From Archangium sp. (lineage in GTDB: Bacteria > Myxococcota > Myxococcia > Myxococcales > Myxococcaceae): DNA of 12,859 bases. Below are positions 6,595-12,859 of the stretch, piece after piece. The notes below the pieces were generated by a model that saw only the letters and a list, made by a program, of their open reading frames with translations, was not told the origin of the DNA and did not search any database. A program made the position numbers and the translations under genes. Each line of letters opens with the position of its first letter. Within the stretch, counting starts at the first letter, position 1. The DNA lies in contig JANLPS010000523.1 of the NCBI GenBank assembly GCA_031367385.1, forward strand, positions 1 through 12,859. Reading direction: 5' to 3'.

Positions 6595-7932
6595 GTGCCC
6601 ATACTTCTGCTGCTGCTCCTCGCCGCGCCGGTCGTGCCGGTCGCTCCGCAACAGCCGGGGCGACAGGACTTCGTGCGGCTGGGGTGTGACGAAGCCGGCT
6701 GCGTGGTGTCGTGGGTTGCCGTGCGCGCGACCAGCTCGGCGTGGTCGGCCACCGTCTCTCGGGTCGATGGCTCGGTCTCGAAGGCGGTGACGATGAACGA
6801 CGATTCGCGCGGCGCGAACGTCGAGGGCCTCGGAGTCGGCGCAGGCCTTCGCGTGCACCTGCTCGACACCCAGGGGCGGGCCGGTGACTACACGCTGTAT
6901 GTCTCCCTGATGCGTGCCGACAGTGGCGCGATCGATGCGTTGGGTGCACGGCCGCTCTACCCCCACTCCGGCGCGGGCAGCCCCGCACGAAGCAGCTGCG
7001 CCTTTGGGCAATCGCTCTTCTTCTGCGTGCTCGAATCAGGGGTCATGTACAACGACCTGTTTTTTCGGCGAATTTCGGCCGATGGCGGCGCGCTCGACGC
7101 CGCTGGCACCGAGCTGCTCACGGGCCCGAGCCACTCGGGCAACCCCACGGTCGTCACGCTCGGAGATCGCTTCGGGGCAGCGTGGGAGGATCGATTCGAC
7201 GCCAATCAGTACGATGTTCATGCGGCGGTGGTGGCGGCCGACGGGGCGGTGGTCGCGCAGCAGATCATCGTCTCTGCGTTGCCCGAGAGCGAGGTCGATG
7301 TGGTGTCTACGCCGTACTCAGACGGTGCGCTCCTCGCGTGGACGCACCAGGTGACGCCGCCAGAGATTGCGTTCGCCCAGCTCTCGCGTGACGGGAGTGT
7401 GCAGAAGCCGATGGCACCACTGAGCAACGCGAGCGCTCCGGCGATTGCGTGGCAATCGAATCGGCTGTTCGTCGCCTTCGAGCGAACGTTCGATGCGGGC
7501 ACGCACGTCGAGACTCGCCTCCTCGAGTGGCCGAGCGGAGTGGCGTTGGCGCCGCGCTTCGTCTCAACCGGCGCCGATGATCGCAGCCCGGTGGTGACTC
7601 CGATTGACGATGGACGGGTGCTCTTGGCGTATCAGGTGAACCCGGTCGATGGCGGTGACGCGCGCCTTGTCGTCACCACTGTCGGCACTCGGCTGTCGGG
7701 CGAGCCCTGCGTCACCGATTCTCAATGCGCTGGGCTGACCTGCGGCGGTGGCATATGTGGGCCAGCCCTCGACGCGGGCATCGCGGCAGACGGGGGCGTT
7801 GATCTGACCCCGCATTGGATTCGCGTGGGCTGCGGTTGCGGTTCAACTGCGCCAGGCGTTTCGGCTGCCCTGCTCTTGCTCTGGTTGTGCAGCAGTCGCC
7901 GGGCGATGGCCCCGAAACGGGGTCGTCGTTGA
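6595..7932 (+). CDS. Secreted/surface protein with a Cys-rich module and a MYXO-CTERM-like C-terminal sorting signal
   Basis: Signal-like N-terminus (V/M)PILLLLLLAAP. Repeated P-x-[VI]-...-G-x-x-hydrophobic-[WFY] units (NPTVVTLGDRFGAAWED, APAIAWQSNRLFVAFE, SPVVTPIDDGRVLLAYQ) suggest beta-propeller blades. Then GEPCVTDSQCAGLTCGGGIC and the tail GCGCGSTAPGVSAALLLLWLCSSRR...KRGRR. Confidence 0.75.
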   Translation: MPILLLLLLAAPVVPVAPQQPGRQDFVRLGCDEAGCVVSWVAVRATSSAWSATVSRVDGSVSKAVTMNDDSRGANVEGLGVGAGLRVHLLDTQGRAGDYTLYVSLMRADSGAIDALGARPLYPHSGAGSPARSSCAFGQSLFFCVLESGVMYNDLFFRRISADGGALDAAGTELLTGPSHSGNPTVVTLGDRFGAAWEDRFDANQYDVHAAVVAADGAVVAQQIIVSALPESEVDVVSTPYSDGALLAWTHQVTPPEIAFAQLSRDGSVQKPMAPLSNASAPAIAWQSNRLFVAFERTFDAGTHVETRLLEWPSGVALAPRFVSTGADDRSPVVTPIDDGRVLLAYQVNPVDGGDARLVVTTVGTRLSGEPCVTDSQCAGLTCGGGICGPALDAGIAADGGVDLTPHWIRVGCGCGSTAPGVSAALLLLWLCSSRRAMAPKRGRR

Positions 7933-8009
7933 GGGCTGGCGTCGCCCAAGTGCGTCGGGGCGAAAGCGACGCTTTGCGTGCTCAGACCGACTGGCTTTTG
8001 AGCGCTCAA

Positions 8010-8038
8010 GGGGCGAGGCACCGATCTGGTGCAGCCCC
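8010..8038. terminator. GC-rich hairpin between convergent genes; possible terminator
   Basis: GGGGC-GAG-GCACC-GATCT-GGTGC-A-GCCCC forms nested stems. It lies just downstream of the stop codon of the minus-strand gene remnant. There is no strong U-tract. Confidence 0.3.
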
Positions 8039-8109
8039 GTCTCATCGTTGCCACGCGGAGCTCAGGTTGAGCATCGCACCGGACTCCCCCTCGCCGGCGC
8101 GCCGTTGCC
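8037..8109 (-). repeat. Degenerate direct copy of the 3' end of the 8146-8826 gene (gene remnant)
   Basis: 8049-8083 matches 8150-8184 at 30/35 nt, and 8090-8109 matches 8210-8229 at 18/20 nt. Similarity extends past the stop codon (CCGTCTC at 8037 and 8138). The offset changes from 101 to 120, i.e. a net 19-nt deletion in the copy. Confidence 0.85.
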
Positions 8110-8145
8110 GAACGCGATGCGCTCACACCAAGCGCGGCCGTCTCT

Positions 8146-8826
8146 TCACTGCCACGCGTAGCCCAGGTTGAGCATTGCGCCGAAGCCGACGCCGGTGCCG
8201 AAGTTCGTTCTCGCCGACGTGCCGTTGCCCGAGGCCGTCGCCACCGCTGCGAGTCGGTCGCCGAACAACAGGTTTACATCGAGTGAAATCGAGAACCCGC
8301 GACGCTGACCGGTGACCGGGTTTCGACCGCCAGCAAGGTAGCCAATCTTCGCCGCCGCTCCCGGCAGCCACCCACCGACGCCGTAGACCTGACCCTGCGC
8401 GCTGGCATCGTTCATCTTCACCGAAGCCACCGCGCCCGCCCAGCCGCCGTGCGCGAGCGCGGGGCCCACGTCGACGAACAGGTGATCGAACGCGATGAAA
8501 TCGGCCAGCAACGCCAGCTGGTAATATGCAGCGCCGGTGACGCCCGCCGAAGCGCCGTCGCGGTTGAACCCCGCGTTCAACCCCACCCCCGCCGCCATTG
8601 AGAATTCGCCTTCGAGGCCAAAAGTGCGGCTCAGCTGCCACCCGAGCGTGCCTGAAAGCCCGAACATCAAATTCGGCCCTGGTGCGAATGAGCCGATGCC
8701 GGCGGTGATGCCTCCGCGCAGGCGAACCGGCTCGACCTCGTCGGTCACCGAGGGCCGGGGCTCTCGTTCTTCTTGGGCGAAGGCAGCGCTTGAGAAACAG
8801 GCGAGCAACAGGAGGGTTCGGGTCAT
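8146..8826 (-). CDS. Hypothetical exported protein, probable small outer-membrane beta-barrel
   Basis: Signal peptide MTRTLLLLACFSSAAFAQ. Gly/aromatic-rich amphipathic strands (FGLSGTLGWQL, LFVDVGP, AAKIGYL, FSISLDVNLLF) and a beta-signal-like C-terminus MLNLGYAWQ. Confidence 0.7.
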   Translation of the reverse strand: MTRTLLLLACFSSAAFAQEEREPRPSVTDEVEPVRLRGGITAGIGSFAPGPNLMFGLSGTLGWQLSRTFGLEGEFSMAAGVGLNAGFNRDGASAGVTGAAYYQLALLADFIAFDHLFVDVGPALAHGGWAGAVASVKMNDASAQGQVYGVGGWLPGAAAKIGYLAGGRNPVTGQRRGFSISLDVNLLFGDRLAAVATASGNGTSARTNFGTGVGFGAMLNLGYAWQ

Positions 8827-8874
8827 GGCCCGGGGTTGGTTGCCGCGTCGCCGAAAAGCGATCCTCCCGCCGGG

Positions 8875-10482
8875 CTATGACCGGGCTCCCTCATGAAGTG
8901 TAAAGTAGAACGTCGCCCCTTCGCCTGGAGCGCTTCGAGCCCACACCGTGCCCCCGTGTCGGCTCACGATTCGCTGCACCGTCGCGAGCCCCACGCCCGT
9001 GCCGGGAAATTCGTCTTCTTTGTGAAAGCGCTGAAACACGTCGAACAGACGCTTGGCGTACTGCATGTCGAAGCCGGCGCCGTTGTCTTTGACGAAGAAC
9101 GCGCCGTCGTCAGAGCGCCCGACCTCGATGCGTGCGGTCGCTGCGCGGCCGGTGAATTTCCACGCGTTGCGAAGCAGGTTTTCAAGCACCACGCCCAGCA
9201 GGGTCGGGTCGGCGGTGGCCTTGAGCCCCTCGAAGATGGTGAATTCAACCGCCCGGCCAGGTGTCTGGCGCTTGAGCTCTTCGACCGTCTCGCGTGCCAT
9301 CGCCGTGACGTCGATGGCCTCGACCTGGAGCGCTTGTTTGCCCAACCGCGCTAGGTCGAGCAGCCCTTCAATCAGCGCTCCCATGCGCCTGGCCGCGGCG
9401 CGAATTCGGGTGATGTGCTGCTTGCTCGCAGCATCGAGGTCTTTGGCGGCGTCTTCTTCGAGCGCCGCGCTGAACCCGTCGATGGTTCGCAGGGGCGCCC
9501 GCAGGTCATGCGAGACCGAAGAGCTGAAGCTCTCGAGCTCTTGGTTCGCCCGCAGCAGCTCGTTGGTTCGAGCGGCCACCCGTTGCTCGAGCTCGGCGTT
9601 GAGCGTGCGCAGCGCCTCCTCGCTCTGCAGCCGCGACAGCTCGCTTCGGTGGAGCGCGGTCACCGTGCGCCACACCATCAGCGCGAAGAACACCATGTTG
9701 CCGAGCACCCGGCCCAGCACCGCGAAGTCAGCGTCGAACAGCCCGGCGTGCTGCGCGAACAACAGCAGTGCGTTGACCGCCGGAGGCACGGTGATCGCGG
9801 TGAGCAACAGCCGTCGCCCCGCCAGCCCACCCATCGTCGGGGCCCTGAAGATCATCACCAGCCCCTCGTGCGCGCGCAGCGAGAGCACGCCGACGCCGGT
9901 CACCACGAACAGCGCCGCCGTGTGCAGCGCCATCTGCGTGTAGAAGGCGACCCCGAAGCTGTAGGTGACTCCGAAGGCGTACCCGAGCATGGCTTGAAAC
10001 GCGATGACCAGCGCCACCAACGCGCTCGTCTGGCTCAGCCGCGCAGCGGTTTCCCCAGCCGTCAGCGAGAGCCAGAGCGCGGTGACCAGCAGCAAGAACC
10101 CCACCGCGGTAATCGGCGCCAACCTCCCGGGAGGAAACAGGCCGCTCGCCCCGTCTGGGTCGCGAACCAGCAGCTCGTCGATGCCCGCGTTGCTCCCCAG
10201 CAAGTACTCGAGCAGGGTGACGATGGCCAAGGTGGCGACCACGCTGGCCAGCACACGCGCGATCATTCGCCGCCCGAGCGAGAGCGCGATCAACGAGATC
10301 GCTAGCAGCAAGAACCCCAGGGCCGTGTTGGCCTTCATGGTGATGTAGGTCGGCACCAACGACTTCAGCACGCGAATGTCGAAGGCCCAGCCGACCAGCA
10401 CGGTGCTGGCCGAAAAAGCCGTCACCGCTCCGCAGACGAGCGGCAACCAGTCGCGGCCGAGCTTTTTTTCGACAGCACCCAC
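8875..10482 (-). CDS. Membrane-bound sensor histidine kinase (multi-TM input domain, coiled coil, HisKA, HATPase_c)
   Basis: H-box ELESFSSSVSHDLRAPL, N-box ENLLRNAWKF, G1 VKDNGAGF, F-box LFDVFQRFH and G2 GTGVGLA. About 7-8 hydrophobic segments lie N-terminally. The start is probably GTG at 10482, because the track's start (10674) overlaps the divergent DMT gene. Confidence 0.92.
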   Translation of the reverse strand: MGAVEKKLGRDWLPLVCGAVTAFSASTVLVGWAFDIRVLKSLVPTYITMKANTALGFLLLAISLIALSLGRRMIARVLASVVATLAIVTLLEYLLGSNAGIDELLVRDPDGASGLFPPGRLAPITAVGFLLLVTALWLSLTAGETAARLSQTSALVALVIAFQAMLGYAFGVTYSFGVAFYTQMALHTAALFVVTGVGVLSLRAHEGLVMIFRAPTMGGLAGRRLLLTAITVPPAVNALLLFAQHAGLFDADFAVLGRVLGNMVFFALMVWRTVTALHRSELSRLQSEEALRTLNAELEQRVAARTNELLRANQELESFSSSVSHDLRAPLRTIDGFSAALEEDAAKDLDAASKQHITRIRAAARRMGALIEGLLDLARLGKQALQVEAIDVTAMARETVEELKRQTPGRAVEFTIFEGLKATADPTLLGVVLENLLRNAWKFTGRAATARIEVGRSDDGAFFVKDNGAGFDMQYAKRLFDVFQRFHKEDEFPGTGVGLATVQRIVSRHGGTVWARSAPGEGATFYFTLHEGARS

Positions 10483-10555
10483 GCGCGCGACGATGTCACA
10501 GCTCGCGGCGCGCAACGAAAAGAATCTCAACCCCGCCCGGGGTAACTTCGACCCC

Positions 10556-10906
10556 ATGCCGACCGTGCTCCTGCTGCTCGTCTCGAACGTGTGTATGACC
10601 TTCGCCTGGTATGGCCACCTGAAGTACGGCCACGACTGGCCGCTGTGGAAAGCGATTCTGGTCTCGTGGGGCATCGCGCTGTTCGAGTACTGCCTCGCGG
10701 TGCCGGCGAACCGGTTGGGCTACGGCCAGTTCTCGGGCTTTGAGCTCAAGATCATTCAAGAGGTGATCACCCTGAGCATCTTCATCGGCTTCGCGGTGAT
10801 CTTCTTGAAAGAGAAGCTGGCGTGGAACCACCTGGTCGCGTTCGTCTTTCTCGGAGTGGCGGCGTTCTTCGCGTTTGCGTTCAAGACCAGCGCTCCGGCG
10901 AGCTGA
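10556..10906 (+). CDS. DMT_6/DUF486-family small membrane protein (DMT superfamily), 116 aa
   Basis: Signature SNVCMTFAWYGHLK...SWGIALFEYCLAVPANRLG...LKIIQEVITL, with four hydrophobic helices. ATG at 10556. Confidence 0.9.
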   Translation: MPTVLLLLVSNVCMTFAWYGHLKYGHDWPLWKAILVSWGIALFEYCLAVPANRLGYGQFSGFELKIIQEVITLSIFIGFAVIFLKEKLAWNHLVAFVFLGVAAFFAFAFKTSAPAS

Positions 10907-10931
10907 ACGCGGTAGATGACTGGTACTTTTC

Positions 10932-11786
10932 ATGAACCGTGATGCGCTCCAGAGTTTCGCTCTCAAGCCGGTCGAGCAGCACTACACCCAACGCGACACG
11001 ATGCTGTACGCGCTGGGCCTGGGCTGCGGCGCGGCCGACCTGCCGTTCGTCTACGAGCAAGGGCCCGAACCGCTGAAGACCCTGCCGTCGATGTGCGTGG
11101 TGTTGGGGCACCCCGGGTTCTGGGCGCGAGACCCCTCGCTCGGCATCGACTGGCTCAAGTTGCTGCACGGTGAGCACAGCTTCGAGCTGCACCGGCCGCT
11201 CGCCTCGCAGGGCCACGTGCGCGGCGAGTTCGAGATCATCGCGCTCGAAGACAAGGGCCCCGAGAAGGGCGCCATCGTGCATCAGCTCAAGACGCTCTAC
11301 GACGTGCCCAGCGGTGAAAAGCTGGCCACGGTGCGCACGGTGCTTTTTCTGCGCGGCGATGGAGGCTGCGGCTCGTTCGGCGTCGCACCGCCTCCGTTGA
11401 CGGCGCTGCCCGAGGCAGTCGTGACTGGCTCGAAGACGACACCCACCTCACCCGACCTCGCGCTGCTCTACCGGCTCAACGGCGACCCCAACCCGATTCA
11501 TGCCGACCCGGTCGCAGCGGTGAGCGCCGGCCTGGGCAAACCGATTTTGCATGGCCTGTGTACCCTGGGCATCGCCACGCGTGCGGCGGTCGAGGTGGTG
11601 GCGGGTGGGGTGCCCGAGCGGGTGCGAGAAGTCACCGCCCGCTTCATCAAACCGGTCTACCCGGGCGAAACCATCTGCACTGAATTCTACGGCACCGGGC
11701 CGCAGGTGCGCTTTCGGGCCCGCGTCGTCGAGCGTGACGTGCTGGTGCTCGATCGTGGCACCGTGTCACTGACTCACCCTTCGTGA
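10932..11786 (+). CDS. MaoC-like double hot-dog dehydratase / (R)-specific enoyl-CoA hydratase 2
   Basis: N-terminal YTQRDTMLYALGLG, LLHGEHS and DKGPEKGA, plus the hydratase-2 motif YRLNGDPNPIHADP...AGLGKPILHGLCT and RFIKPVYPGET. Confidence 0.92.
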   Translation: MNRDALQSFALKPVEQHYTQRDTMLYALGLGCGAADLPFVYEQGPEPLKTLPSMCVVLGHPGFWARDPSLGIDWLKLLHGEHSFELHRPLASQGHVRGEFEIIALEDKGPEKGAIVHQLKTLYDVPSGEKLATVRTVLFLRGDGGCGSFGVAPPPLTALPEAVVTGSKTTPTSPDLALLYRLNGDPNPIHADPVAAVSAGLGKPILHGLCTLGIATRAAVEVVAGGVPERVREVTARFIKPVYPGETICTEFYGTGPQVRFRARVVERDVLVLDRGTVSLTHPS

Positions 11787-11798
11787 AGGAGCGTTGAA

Positions 11799-12716
11799 AT
11801 GTCGTCAGACTTGCTCAAAGACAAAGTGGTCATCGTCACCGGCGCCGGAGGAGGCATCGGCGCAGGCATCGCCCGACTCGCCGCGAGCCACGGTGCGAAG
11901 GTGGTGGTCAATGATCTCGGTGGAGGCGCGAACGGAGAAGGCAACGACCCCGGCCCGGCCAACGCGGTCACTCAAGAAATCGTCGCGGCGGGTGGCCAAG
12001 CGGTGGCCAGCTTTCGCAACATCGCCGACTGGGACAGTGCGCATGGCATCATCGATGACGCGCTCAAGGCCTTCGGCCGGGTCGACGTGGTGGTCAACAA
12101 CGCGGGCGTGCTGCGCGACGTCATCTTTCACAAGATGGAGAAGAAGGATTGGGACATCGTTCGCGCGGTCAACCTCGACGGGTACTTCTACGTCTCGCGC
12201 GCGGCGGCCGGGCTGTTCAAGGAGCAGAACAGCGGCTGCTTCATTCACATGACCTCGACCAGCGGGCTCATCGGCAACCTGGGCCAGGCGAACTACGCGG
12301 CGGCCAAGCTCGGCGTCGCCGCGCTCTCGAAGGGCATCGCCATCGACATGGAGAAGTTCAACGTGCGCTCGAACTGCATCGCGCCGTTCGCCTTCACGCG
12401 CATCGTCGGCACGATACCCGCGAACACCGAGGTCAACCGCAAGCGGCTCGAGAACATGCAGAAGATGACGCCCGACAAAATCGCCCCGCTCGCGGTCGCC
12501 TTGATGGCCGATGCCGCCAAAGACATCACCGGGCAGATCTTCGCTGCGCGCAAGAACGAGCTGATGCTGTTCAGCCAGAATCGCCCGCTGCGCACCGCCC
12601 ACACCGCCGAAGGGTGGACGCCGCAGACCGTCATCGACACCGTGCTGCCCGCGTTTCGAGGCCACGCGTACCCGCTGCACCGCTCGGCCGACGTCTTCAC
12701 GTGGGACCCGATTTAG
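11799..12716 (+). CDS. Classical SDR oxidoreductase, MFE-2/HSD17B4-like (3-hydroxyacyl-CoA dehydrogenase-like)
   Basis: RBS GAAGGAG. Motifs VTGAGGGIG, GAKVVVNDLGG, VVNNAGVLRD, TSTSGLIGNLGQANYAAAK (catalytic S, Y, K) and NCIAPFAFTR. Confidence 0.95.
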   Translation: MSSDLLKDKVVIVTGAGGGIGAGIARLAASHGAKVVVNDLGGGANGEGNDPGPANAVTQEIVAAGGQAVASFRNIADWDSAHGIIDDALKAFGRVDVVVNNAGVLRDVIFHKMEKKDWDIVRAVNLDGYFYVSRAAAGLFKEQNSGCFIHMTSTSGLIGNLGQANYAAAKLGVAALSKGIAIDMEKFNVRSNCIAPFAFTRIVGTIPANTEVNRKRLENMQKMTPDKIAPLAVALMADAAKDITGQIFAARKNELMLFSQNRPLRTAHTAEGWTPQTVIDTVLPAFRGHAYPLHRSADVFTWDPI

Positions 12717-12719
12717 CGC

Positions 12720-12859
12720 CAATGCCGGTCAGTTACGGGGCGGGCGTTTGACCCACTTTTTGTCGTACGCGCTCATTTTGATTTTGACGACACGAGGGTA
12801 GCTCCGCTCAGGTCGTCGTTGAGGCAGCAAGAGCATCCGTAGTTGCCGAGCGAGGTCTT
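12720..12859 (-). mobile_element. IS4-family insertion sequence, transposase 3' end (remainder outside the window)
   Basis: The terminus CAATGCCGGTCAGTTACG (12720-12737) closely resembles the E. coli IS4 terminal inverted repeat as I recall it (TAATGCCGATCAGTTAAG). The transposase stop codon lies inside this repeat. Confidence 0.85.
12729..12859 (-). CDS. IS4-family transposase, C-terminal 42 aa
   Basis: Not in the ORF track. Manual translation from 12857 gives DLARQLRMLLLPQRRPERSYPRVVKIKMSAYDKKWVKRPPRN*. The LPxRRxERxYPRxVK pattern is typical of IS4 transposase C-termini. Confidence 0.82.
   Translation of the reverse strand, partial: DLARQLRMLLLPQRRPERSYPRVVKIKMSAYDKKWVKRPPRN

Noticed and set aside
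6979..7020. RSSCAFGQSL resembling the missing RPCCAFG N-terminal motif of DUF4056 (possible inversion partner)
   Set aside because: It sits in frame within a continuous ORF, fits that protein's own repeat pattern, and has no flanking DUF4056-like sequence. It is probably coincidence.
8017..8033. NtrC-like box GGCACC-GATCT-GGTGCA
   Set aside because: It lies between convergent 3' ends with no sigma-54 promoter seen nearby, and it is better explained as the inner stem of the 8010-8038 hairpin.
8037..8229. Diversity-generating retroelement template/variable repeat pair (near-identical repeat at a gene 3' end; an FGE/CLec-fold gene is also in the window)
   Set aside because: The mismatches are not confined to adenines of one copy (T/C, C/T, A/G, G/A, A/C and A/T all occur). 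There is a 19-nt indel, no reverse transcriptase is in the window, and the FGE-fold gene has no visible repeat.
9053..10305. Two 296-aa plus-strand ORFs opposite the histidine kinase
   Set aside because: Shadow ORFs: Ser/Arg/Ala- or Gln/Arg-rich with no motifs, lying fully antisense to a well-supported gene.
10463..10469. T7 homopolymer near the kinase 5' end as a phase-variation tract
   Set aside because: It is only 7 nt, in frame, and simply encodes Glu-Lys-Lys.
10376..10674. Mutually overlapping N-terminal extensions of the kinase (to 10674) and the DMT protein (from 10376)
   Set aside because: Each extension is largely the antisense of the other gene. Starts at about 10482 (-) and 10556 (+) give normal proteins without overlap.
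11805..12722. 305-aa antisense ORF mirroring the SDR
   Set aside because: Long in-register antisense ORFs are a common by-product of high-GC codon bias. It has no recognisable motifs.
1..12859. CRISPR array, tRNA or rRNA genes
   Set aside because: I saw no regularly spaced repeats or recognisable structural RNA genes, and nearly all of the sequence is accounted for by protein-coding genes.

Overview
High-GC bacterial DNA, most likely from a myxobacterium (Myxococcota). The evidence for that is a MYXO-CTERM-like sorting tail and DAG/DGG low-complexity motifs; the taxonomy is an inference. Left part (1-4727): a divergently transcribed nitrite-reduction/NO-response locus. The minus strand carries an alginate-export-family outer-membrane porin followed by the 5' part of an nnrS-like gene (missed by the ORF track). 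The plus strand carries a copper nitrite reductase with a fused C-terminal cytochrome c (nirK), a NirV-like FGE-sulfatase-domain protein and an SCO copper chaperone. The 232-bp spacer holds a sigma-54-type promoter, a perfect GGCGCA-N5-TGCGCC palindrome plus a degenerate copy, and a near-consensus FNR/DNR box. Middle part: a DUF4056-like gene (-) and a beta-helix gene (+) meet head-to-head at about 5716-5727, and both appear to lack their 5' ends. Next come a MYXO-CTERM surface protein, a small putative beta-barrel gene with a decayed copy of its own 3' end just downstream, and an orphan membrane histidine kinase. Right part: a DMT_6/DUF486 membrane protein, a MaoC-type hydratase plus SDR pair resembling a split MFE-2, and the end of an IS4-family element inserted 3 bp after the SDR stop codon. 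All family assignments come from motif recognition by eye; no searches were run.
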